Below are positions 52,721 through 64,000 of a DNA stretch of 64,000 nucleotides, in pieces; the first letter of the stretch is position 1, and every line of letters starts with the position of its first letter. Location: positions 317,564,001 to 317,628,000 of the forward strand of contig OZ024742.1 of assembly GCA_964016885.1 (NCBI GenBank), written 5' to 3'. The notes under the pieces were generated by a model. That model saw only the letters and a program-made list of their open reading frames with translations. It made no database searches and had not been told where the DNA came from. The DNA comes from Eledone cirrhosa (Eukaryota). The position numbers were made by a program, and so were the translations under genes.

Positions 52721-55359
52721 CATAGTCTGCAGTTGAGGTTACCCTTTTATTTCTTTATATATTTTTATAATTTGTTGTTACGTACGGGTTTCAGCAAAAA
52801 TGAACATTTGTTTAAACCGTTAGATAACAATGTATTAGATACATGATACTTTTAAAAATGACAAGATTTTCATGGTTAGAACGCCTTTCATCGTCGATTT
52901 GCTTGATCAGTAACGTTTTGGGAATTTAAAAAGTGCAACAATAACGTCATGTCTATCATCGTTTTAAAATAATTCCCTATATATAAGCCATTAATGTCTT
53001 TGAGAAAGGTAAGGAATTCACATAGTCTCATTGGTCTGTCGTGTAAACGTTTGCTCTTCAGCCCGAAATATGAAATTTATTTATTTATAACGTGACATTA
53101 AACAATAAACAGGATTCACAACTAATTAAGCTATTTAAGTGTCCATTTTATTCTAGTGAATCTACATTTATTCAGTCAAACGAATGAAAACTATCAACGT
53201 GTTTCATCTAGCTGTTACAAATATCAACCAAATCACACCCACTGCACAACAACATCACAGCCTACCATCTTTAAAAAGATGACATACTAGACAAAGAATT
53301 CATATATATGTTGCACCTAATAGAAAAATATAGGATAGTCACGACTGGAACGTCTTTTATTAATTGTCTGCATGATTAGACCAACAACAGATAGTCGGTC
53401 TTCCTATGCCTCAATTCTACAAATTAAATTCATGACAGTCTTTGAGTCATGTCACTCAGTTTGAAAGAACCTTTGCATGGTCACTCAACCTCATAGAACA
53501 TATTGGACAACGTAGTTCTTGATATACAAAACGAAGTGGATGATCAAGGATAAAGCACAGTTGATTATAATTTTGCTCGACCAGACAATAAAGAATTACT
53601 CGCCATTAAAGCTATTACTTTCAGTAGGGAACTGTAGTTTTTTAATCAATTTATTTACAAATTTTTTTAAAGAATAAGAAGATTTATGGTTACATTTCTT
53701 GAAGAGGAATACAGTACAGTGATTCCCCGCTAGCGGAATATGATTGTATTGGAATATAAGTAGGCGCCCTACCTTATCGACAGGGACAGCTGCGACTTTC
53801 AAAGACCTTGAACACTATTATTTGTCTTGTAACGTTGGGAAAAATGTATTCCCAAACACTGTGAGGACAATGCCGAGCAAAAGAGATAACACTTACATAA
53901 TTCATTCCTCTTCACGGGAAATATAACAACTTCGATAAAGAGGTCGTTTTGATATTGACAAAAGAAAAAATGGCGGCGGCATTATTATCATCAAAGAATA
54001 GAAAGTACGTAATAATAGATATAATACACATAAAAAAAAACAATTATGATGGTGATGGCGATGGTGATAATAATAATAAAAATAATATAACCTAAGAAAT
54101 TATTTCTAACCATGTATTCCAACACATAATTGAATTTATTATCATCAAGCTGTGACAATAACAATTCACGGCTAAAATATTTGCCAGAAGATGTATGGGA
54201 AATGATAAACATGTTACATCTCAAAGACTAAATTTGAACTATTAACCCTTCAATCAACTAAGTAAAGGCTTTCGCAATTTCAGCACTTCAATTCTACAAG
54301 ATTCACTCTCTGAATCAATAAATCAAGATTATTTTCATATTTTTTATTGTTTTCTTTTTTATTATTTCTTTATATTCATAAGCTGAAGGTGGGAATACAT
54401 TATCAGAATTTGCTATCATTTCTTAACACCTTTGTTATTTTATTTTTCCCTTCTCCGGTTATTTTATACTGACTGATTTCCTATCTTAATTGAAGCAGAA
54501 ATTCGTCTTCTCTTTTTGTGTTCAAACGCAAACTCTGTCTTTCATGTGTTTTACGCATTCATTACAAGAGAAATGAAATATTACTTCTGCCAACCTAAAT
54601 ATTTTATTCCTGTTTCAATAAATCATACACACATATATTCCTCTCAGATACTTGCATATGCATAAATAAACATGAGTATATATTAGACTTTTCGACAGAT
54701 TTTAACGTTGGACAACAACGAACATGGCGAACCACTAAAGATGTGACTATTTCTTTCCAAATTATAGAGAAAGACAAAATTAATAGCCAACTGCTTCGAA
54801 ACCTACAACTTGTCTATCTAGATTATAAATTTTCTAAACTCCAATGAAAGATTTGCTTTTTAATAAGAAAACAGCTCTTTGGAGTTAGAGTTAGAATGTT
54901 CGTGTTACGTCCGTTTTTCTATGCTTGCACGGATTGGACATATCCTGAGCTTATCTGTGGTTCATGGGATGTAAGCGACTATGCGTATAAGACGCCAGTT
55001 CGTCACAGAGTTAACCCCTAGCCACTGTTACTATTAATTTTCAGCTGAGTGAACTATTACAACTTCAAATGAAGTTTCTTATGAACTCGATACCCTGACC
55101 ACTAGGTCATGTCCACTCATTTCTATATAGGAATGAATTTAAAATTAAAGGAAAAGGAGACATACATACATACATACATACATGCATACATACATACATA
55201 CATACATACATACATACATACATACATACATACATACATACATACATACATACATACATAGGCACACACGCACACATATACATGATGGCTGACCCCTCGT
55301 TATCAAGTGTGACGATTACACGATATAACATTATTAATAATTATCAATTAATGCTATCG

Positions 55360-55585
55360 TGCAATGCCTGTGCGTGAAGATTTTTTTAAAGTAAGGAAAG
55401 ACTGTGCACTGAGCCAATCCCACTTTCTGAGCGACAGTAGCTATAACCGGAAAAGAAGAAAAGATCAGCATCATTGGTAACTACTGAGCCACAGATTTTA
55501 TATCGGAGTTATCCCAGCTTCCTGAGTTGCCTTCTCCTAGAAGAATGCCCTGATAAAGGCTAGGGGTCCTTCACTCCCGGTGGCT
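55360..55585 (-). mobile_element. Older relative of the RTE-derived element (another, in opposite orientation, at ~58690-58885)
   Basis: gcaatgcctgtgcgtgaag...ccaatcccact...catcattgg...ccttctcctagaa...aaggctaggggtc aligns by eye to 11641-11842; flanked by (CATA)n. Confidence 0.65.
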
Positions 55586-55901
55586 TAACCGCGCGATCGG
55601 GTCTCCAGCCCGATTATTTCTAACATACATACATAAATACGTACATGAATACATACATACATACTGGCAGAAAGACAGGCAAGCAGACACATACTAAGAG
55701 ACCTTTAATTTATGAATTCAGAATACCTAGACAGTGATTATGCTTTGATTTTCATGTGGAGCTCTATCATTTCCCTGTATCACTAATACTTTCAGGAGCG
55801 TATCACACTTCTCTCACGTGAATACAGATAAGTTTATACCTATTAATGGAAAACACTGATCACAATATCTCCAGCGATTGATTCCATCACACTGCTTCAC
55901 T

Positions 55902-56139
55902 GTGCATGGCTTAGTGGTTAGAGCATTGGGCTTGCAATCGAAAGGTTGTGAGTTCAATTCTCGGACCGGGTGATGTGTTGTTTCCTTGAGCAACACTTTA
56001 TTTCACGTTGCTCCAGTTTACTCAGCTGTAGAAATGAGATGATAGGACTGTGGTCCCTATCATTAAATCACCCAAGACACCTCCAACGAGATATACCTTA
56101 GAGGAGGCCAGCTAAACCTGCATAGGTGTCAGCTGTCAC
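55902..56139 (+). mobile_element. tRNA-derived SINE, same subfamily as 10855-11085
   Basis: gcatggcttagtggttagagcattgggcttgcaatcgaaaggttgtgagttcaattc head; shared 3' gaggaggccagctaaac.tgcataggtg. Confidence 0.85.
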
Positions 56140-57377
56140 ACATACTGCTTCATAGAATACCTAATGTTTATTCTTTATGTGTTTTTTCTGCTGTTGCGAT
56201 TTCTAGCCCAAGTTCAACTCTGATCGAGCAGACCTAGGATCAAAGGCGTTTCAGGGCTGACAATCCCATTTTTTTCTATATCGAAGACTACATAATCCAA
56301 TGTACCATTTCTTTACAATATTGGATGTGAATTAAATATTTGACAGCCATTTCTAACAGAGCGAACAACTACGTTGAGATTAACATATTGGCTTTGTGCA
56401 GTGAAAATGACGACTCAAACTTGGTGTAACCACAAACAGACGGTGGACATTTTGTTACGGTGGGCAGTGTCCTACGCATGTCTACAACACTGAAATATCA
56501 CGCTTCCGAGGTATTTTCGCATATCAGGGGACATAGAATGTTGTATAGGCAAGAGCAGTCGCGAATCCTTGGTCATTCAACCTGTTGGTTATATCCGCCC
56601 ACTACTCATCGATGTCTAACTGGTGAACTGCTGTTCATCTTCAAAAGTAAAAGACGAACACGGAATAAAATCAGAAAATGACCAAAGGGTAAATTATCTG
56701 ACCCCATCTTAAGGGTCAGGTGTCCGTGTGATATATCTTTATGAGAAAAACATAAGTAACATGTAGTTACTTTGAGGTCAGCGAAACGTAATATATCCTA
56801 GTCATATATTCTGAAGATGTTACACGCAACATCCAATTAATAGTATATAAATTCCTCGTCCGTCTATAGCGACAGAACACGCAGCTAAGAACTTGGCTTT
56901 ACGATTTCCTGTCTTTCATAGAGATCTTTAACATTATGCATGTTTTTATAGACTTCAAATATGTTGTTGATGGTGGTGATTTTTTATTGATGTTGTTTTG
57001 GTGATTTTTTGGTTTTTGTTTTTGTTTTGTTTTGTTTTGTTTTTTTGTTTTTGTTTTTGATTTTGATTTTGTTTTTTGTTGTTTAGTAGGCATGGCAACA
57101 ATATACTGTTGCTATTGCCGTTGCTGTTGTGAGTAATCCTCGATAATGGAATTGTTTTGATACAGACACTGATGTGATCATATCAAAATTATGTCAGCAT
57201 CCCATAAATAACAACCAAACACGTCACATCTTTGCTACAATAAACACGTGACGAGCGATGCCATTGGCGTTTTCATTGTGTGAAGTCCCTGAAGAGGAAT
57301 CACTTAATTAACTATGCATAACTTCATTGCTTCACTGCTGCTCTGACACAAATTTTGCTTGGTACGTATGTTTGTCC

Positions 57378-57429
<52 letters not shown>

Positions 57430-57438
57430 ATATATGTG

Positions 57439-57511
<73 letters not shown>

Positions 57512-57646
57512 GTGTGTGTGTATAAATGTGTATGTATATATATATATTGTTATACTTGGGGAGGGTCATATTTGCGTAATATTGCCAGAATTAATAACAG
57601 AACACTCACTGTTTCGACACACGATTTCATATAAAAAACCTCGCTA

Positions 57647-57732
<86 letters not shown>

Positions 57733-57736
<4 letters not shown>

Positions 57737-58082
57737 ATGTTCAGGACCCTGACGGCAGAGCTCAAGCCGTTTCGACGGCTATTTCTGGACCCAGAGTCCA
57801 GAAATAGCCGTCGAAACGGCTTGAGCTCTGCCTATTACCCTCTCTACTACCCAAAGTATCGAGTACTCTGGTGTGTTATGTTCCACCTGGTTCCCTACCA
57901 CACTTCCTTCGTTATATATATATATAGATATATATATATATAACGGAGGAAATGTGGTAAGGAACCAGGTGGACCATAACGCACCAAAGTACTCAATACT
58001 TGAGGTAGTAGAGTGGGTAATAGGAACCAGTAGGACCCCGACAGCTGAGCTCAAGCCGTTTCGACGGCTAATTCTGGACTCA
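57733..58082. repeat. Two (TA)n-embedded copies of the 5031-5187 family, including a perfect palindrome with 37-bp arms (57754-57832)
   Basis: ggcagagctcaagccgtttcgacggctatttctggac-ccaga-gtccagaaatagccgtcgaaacggcttgagctctgcc; 57833-57915 inverted relative to 57940-58024. Confidence 0.88.
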
Positions 58083-58091
58083 TATATATAT

Positions 58092-58181
<90 letters not shown>

Positions 58182-58224
58182 GTGTGTATGTTTTCTGTCT
58201 GTCTGTGTGTGTGTGTGTGTGGGA

Positions 58225-58255
<31 letters not shown>

Positions 58256-60020
58256 CATGCATCTATTTATTTGCATATCTGTTGTGCAAGAGTGTGCATG
58301 TTGATATGTGAATAAATTGATACACAAATAGATAGACCGACAAACTTTTAATCATAAAGATACATAGACAGACAAATAGATACGCATATGATATATATGT
58401 GTGTGTGTGTGCGTGTGCGTGAGTGTGAGTGTGTATGTATGTATGTGTGTGTTTGTGTGTCTGTACGTTAGCGTATGTGTGTGCATGCATATGTAATTAT
58501 CTTTTTTATCTTAAACTATATACATACATATATACATATACGTATATCGCAGGATGGATTCAATTTGAAACTTGTTAGACCATTATTCACCAGAGTACTC
58601 GATCCTTGGAACTAGCTGTTGAGAGTCAACGGCCATCCAATAAAGTTTGTTTTGTTTTTGTTTTGTTTTTTTGTGGCGCGAGAAACTCCTAGTCTTCAGT
58701 AAGACATCTCTCTTGGAGAAGGTCACTCTGATCTCTGATATAAAACCTGCGACTTCATTTGCATCCAATGATGTAGACCAGTTCTTCTTTTGGGGCAAAT
58801 GTATTCGATATTTAGAGAGTGGGATTGGCCCCGTGCAAAGTCTTTCCTCACTTTAAAAAAACTTCACGCTCAGGCATCGCTTGATATGTGACGTGTTAAG
58901 AGATGCATAGTATTGCTGGTCATAATAATTCAGCGATGCAGGACGTTAGAGACCATGCGGTTCGGCAACAACATGGTATATATGATATGTATTTAACTTC
59001 GCCTCCCGATGACGGAAATGTAATTCTTCCAATATTGGTTATTCCAATGTTTTGAAATAATTAGTGTTGTTTCTTGAATTCCAGAAACCATGGTCGGGGA
59101 ATTGTTTGAGTAAAACAGATTTATTTTTGTCGGTCTAGCTTATATCCCCCCAAATAGAGGTTTCGGCTTAATTTGACGCATAAAGTTACGGCCCTTGCCA
59201 TTCTGAGTTCAAATCCCGCCGGGGTCGATAAAATAAAGTACCAGTAATACACTGGGTAATTGCTGGCCTTGTGCCAAAAGTAGAAACAATTATATGTATA
59301 TAGGATAAGTTATCGTTTAAGGCACAGGTTCTCAACCCATTTAGGCCATTTTAGGTTCTCAACCCATTTAGGCCATTTTGTCCCTCGAAATCACGAAACG
59401 CCCCCCTACCCTATTTTTCCATTTTTCAATATACTACTAATTTTGATATCAGTAGATTACTAAAAAATTGATTAACAATATTCCAAAGATACTATTGAAG
59501 GCAGCTGAGAGTATAAATACATTCCTTGAAAGGAAATATATAAATTTCAAAAAAAGGAACATAAATGTTCTTTTTTATGAATAAAGACCAGTTGAATTTG
59601 TTATATTCCCACCAGGCGTTACCAACTATTTTGAACATTTATACAAGAGCAACTCTGTCTATCCAAAGAGTGCTCTTATCTGGAAGAAAATGGCAATTAT
59701 ATCATTTCAAAGCTTTCCAATTTTCCCTTTAATGAATCGGACAGAATAAATGTTGATATCTAACTTGATGTCCCCTCTGCTTTGTGAGCTTAGAGACCAC
59801 GGAAGAGGGTTTTCATGACCACGGTTTTCATGACCACGCGGGAGGGTGTATTTATTAGTAAATGGTAAAATATATACAACAAATGAGTAAGTGAATTGTA
59901 GTAGATGGTTTCCAGTCCAGTCAGACTGCAACTACAAATAAAAAAAATTGTTAGTTTGCTTTGTAACAATAGCATATCCAAGTTTTCGGATAAATCAACT
60001 TATTTAACTTTGACCTCATT

Positions 60021-61042
60021 TCAATGGGACCCTTGAACTTTATGGAGTCTAGCTAACTCTTTGACGTCAGGCTGGATTTTAGTAAGATGTAGCCGGAGAT
60101 CTCCACGTGTAATTACATTGTAGCGGTTGCGAGCCTTACTATGCGGTCTGGAAACAGCACCAAACCTCCTCTTGACTAAGTATGAGCTTGGAAAAGGCAG
60201 AGCAAATCTCTTAGCCTCTACATGTAGGTGTGGAAATTGACACTGAATTTCCTCTTGCATCCAAAAAAGGGGTTCACCTATTTTAGGAAATCTAATTTTG
60301 ATCATGTCATCTGCTTGAAGTTGAATGAATTCTTCCTGAAATATAACGTCCAAATCATCGACAGTAGCTATGAAGCGATCTGCTACCCACATTGGGATGT
60401 CCATCGGCAAAAGGTCGACAAACAGTTCTCCCATGTTGTCTTGTAGCGCACGGAGGTGAGCGGTATAAATTTGGAGTTGGTCATCGCTTACAATGTTTGA
60501 ACATTGGCGACACTAGGAAAATTATAGATTCCCGTCAATTGGGAATTCAATTTGGCCAGGAATGTTTTCACAGCATTCCTTGCTTTATGCAAGGTGATCT
60601 TCTTCCCCTGCAAAGCCAAAATGACGCTATTGCATTTGTCGACGATGTTGGTGAGGTAGGCGCAGTTTTGCCTTGTACAGTTCTGTGTTGCGTCCTCGTA
60701 GAAACTCAATAATAGAATCGAACAGTTCAAAGAAGTGAGTAAGGCACTTTCCCTTTGAAAGCCACCTCACTTCATTATGAAGGAGCAATTTGACGAATTC
60801 TTCGTCATTATCTTGACACAGTTGCCGGAAAATTCGTTCATTGAGGGAATGCCGTTTGATAAAATTGATGACATCAAGGGCCACCTGCAAGGACTTGCTC
60901 AGCGGCTTGCTGAGTTTCTTCGCAGCCAAGTGTTGTCGATGAATGACACAATGAACAACAAATACAGATAGAATTTCTTTCTTCAGAAGAGTGACGAAAC
61001 CCTTATGTTGGCCGACCATTGCTCTTGCGTCGTCCGTAGCAC
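60021..61042 (-). pseudogene. Buster/Charlie-type (ZBED5/SCAND3-like) hAT transposase, C-terminal half, disrupted
   Basis: ATDDARAMVG (TDGA motif), HCVIHRQHL (CxxH), EVRWLSKG, PFPSSYLVKRRFGA (catalytic E replaced by K), RGDLRL...QGSH; stops and frameshifts. Confidence 0.92.
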
Positions 61043-61047
61043 GTGAT

Positions 61048-61535
61048 ACAATGTGTGCTGTATTTGGTCCTAGATATATGTATTACCTGCCTGTGTGTTG
61101 TAGGTAGTCCTAGATGTATGTATTACCTTCTTATGTATTGCATGTGGTCACAGCTGTATGTATTACCTGCTTGTGTGTTGTATGTGGTCCTAGATGTGTG
61201 TATTACTTCCTTATGTGTTGTATGTGGTCCTAGATGTTTGTATTACCTGATTATGTGTTGTATGTGGTCCTAGATGTTTGTATTACCTGATTATGTGCTG
61301 TATGTGGTCCTAGATGTTTGTATTACCTGATTATGTGTTGTATGATGTCCTAAATGTATGTATTACCTGCCTGTGTGTTGTATGTGGTCCTACATTTGTG
61401 TGCTACCTCCATGCGTTGCATGTGGTCCTAGATGTGTGTATCACCTGCTTATATGTTGTATGTGGTCCTAGATGCGTGTATTACCTGCTTATGTGTTGTA
61501 TGTGGTCCTAGATGTGTGTGCTACCCGCTTCTGTG
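61048..61535. repeat. 40-bp minisatellite, ~12 copies, inside the hAT element
   Basis: Unit gtatgtggtcctagatgtgtgtattacctgcttatgtgtt. Confidence 0.92.
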
Positions 61536-62053
61536 TTTTTTTTTTCTTTTTTATTTGTAATATTATTTATACAATAGGGAATAAAATAGATCTACATAGT
61601 GTTAACTCGTTACGGTTGAGTCAATAATTTCAGACATGAAATGCATTGTTATCGGTGAAGAAAAGACAAGATTCTAACTGGTTAACCTCGAAGTGTCCTT
61701 GACCCAGTTGACTGTAGGTTTTTCCATTGTTAGGATCTCAATTGCCGGTTAATGTCTAGACACGCCTGCACACCTGCTCACAGCTGCGGTCAGACTATAG
61801 TTATGCTGTCTGCATGCTCATTCAAATGCATTCACACTGGCTGTCTCAAAGACATACAAATATGGCTTATAAAACTTACCAAAGTAAAGAGCCTTTCAGT
61901 GCCTCCCAAAGCTCCAAACGACCCCCTAACGCCCCCTTGCTCCCAAACGCCCCTTGGAGTTCTGAAACGCTCCCCGCGGGTGCATATGGCCCCCGTTGAG
62001 AACCTTTGGTTTAAGGCAATCCAGTTAGGGTTTTGTACAGCCAACCATGTTAT

Positions 62054-62701
<648 letters not shown>

Positions 62702-62809
62702 TAATGCTTTACCTTCTTTGGGGATACGTTACGATTTGAGAGAAATTTGGCTGCTATTTCAGGCAGTTTGAGAAACCACGTAGAAACTTACTCGCTGGCT
62801 CACACGAGC

Positions 62810-64000
62810 TGTTGTTATTGCTGCCAACGTTGTTCTTGTTACTGCTGTTGTTAATGGTATTGTTATTGCTGTTGTTGTGCTAGTGGTTACTGTCATGGCT
62901 GCTGTTGTTGTTGATGATTATGATGTTTGCTATAGTTGTTGTTGCTGTTGTTACTGGTATTGTTATTGTTGTTGTTATTGTTGTTGTGCTAGTGGTTACT
63001 GCCATAGCTGCTGCTGTTGTTGTTGTTGATGCTGTTGTTGTTGCTGTTGTTGTTGTTGTTGATGCTGTTTCTTATTGTTGCTGTTGTTGTTTCTGTTGTT
63101 GTTGTTGTTGTTGTTGATGAGCTGATTGTTATTGTTGTTGTTGAAGATACTGTTGTTGTTGCTGTTGTTGTTGTTGTTTCTGTTGTTGTTGTTGTTGTTG
63201 ATGAGCTGTTTGTTATTGTTGTTGTTGATGATGCTGTTGTTGTTGCTGTTGTTGTTGTTTCTGTTGTTTGTTATTGTTGCTGTTGTTGTTGCTGTTGTGG
63301 TTTCTGTTGTTACTGTTGTGGTTTCTGTTGTTGTTGCTGTTGTTGTTCTTGTTGATGTTGTTTGTTATTGTTGCTGTTGTTGTTGTTGATGTTGTTTGTT
63401 ATTGTTCCTCTTGTTGTTTCTGTTGTTGTTGTTGTAGTTGTTGATGTTTTTTGTTATTGTTACTGTTGTCGTTACTGATGTTACTGTTGTTACTGTTGTT
63501 GTTACTGTTGTTACTGTTGTTACTGTTGTTGTTACTGTTGTTGTTACTGTTGTTATTACTATTGTTACTGTTGTCGTTACTGTTGTTGTTAATGTTGTTA
63601 CTGTTGTTGTTACTGTTGTTATTACAATTGTTACTATTGTTGTTACTGTTGTTACTGTTGTTGTTACTGTTGTTGTTGTTACTGTTGTTGTTACTGTTGT
63701 TACTGTTGTTGTTACTGTTGTTGTTACTGTTGTTGTTACTGTTGTTACTGTTGTTGTTACTGTTGTTGTTACTGTTGTTGTTACTGTTGTTGTTGTTACT
63801 GTTGTTGTTACTATTGTTACTGTTGTTACTGTTGTTGTTACTGTTGTTACTGTTGTTGTTACTGTTGTTGTTACTGTTGTTGTTGTTACTGTTGTTACTG
63901 TTGTTGTTACTGTTGTTACTGTTGTTGCTGTTGTTGTTACTGTTGTTGTTACTCTTGTTACTGTTGTTGTTACTGTTGTTACTGTTGTTGTTACTCTTTG
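62810..64000. repeat. Long compound (GTT)n/(GTTACT) repeat running off the window
   Basis: Direct reading. Confidence 0.95.

Larger units (their letters stand above)
59323..62008 (-). mobile_element. hAT transposon, Buster subfamily, internally rearranged
   Basis: 14-bp TIRs cacaggttctcaac / gttgagaacctttg (13/14 match); perfect 8-bp TSD GTTTAAGG (nnnTAnnn) at 59315-59322 and 62009-62016. Confidence 0.93.

Noticed and set aside
55902-55975. tRNA gene
   Set aside because: tRNA-like A/B boxes run directly into a SINE body and occur in many decayed copies; SINE head, not tRNA.
61048-61535. CRISPR-like regular repeats (also 5669-5829)
   Set aside because: Contiguous tandem units without unique spacers, no cas genes, eukaryotic context.

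Overview
AT-rich, microsatellite-dense eukaryotic DNA with no intact protein-coding gene. The repeat content (tRNA-derived SINEs with CORE-like and Nin/Deu-like middles, RTE, R4/Dong and Tx1 LINE fragments) suggests a coleoid cephalopod such as Octopus; this is inference. Nearly all ORFs in the track are translated microsatellites. Recognisable elements: (1) a 5'-truncated, frameshifted Penelope-like retroelement (RT + CxCx5C linker + GIY-YIG, minus strand) between ~1.3-kb inverted repeats, each carrying a type I hammerhead ribozyme (HHR); (2) a family of short non-coding HHR elements (six HHR copies at 33.9, 37.2, 37.5, 37.7, 46.5 and 46.6 kb) embedded in (TA)n, mostly as fold-back pairs, sharing stem I and the 3' terminus with the Penelope repeat; (3) further degenerate or half HHRs in other (TA)n-embedded fold-backs; (4) four co-oriented copies of a ~610-bp RTE-derived non-autonomous element; (5) a Buster-type hAT element with TIRs, TSD and a dead transposase, several MITEs and several Helitrons, one nested in an HHR element. 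The best candidate for an undescribed system is the retrozyme-like HHR family with its likely Penelope helper. A few possible host exons are low confidence. Coordinates were counted by eye and element edges may be a few bases off.
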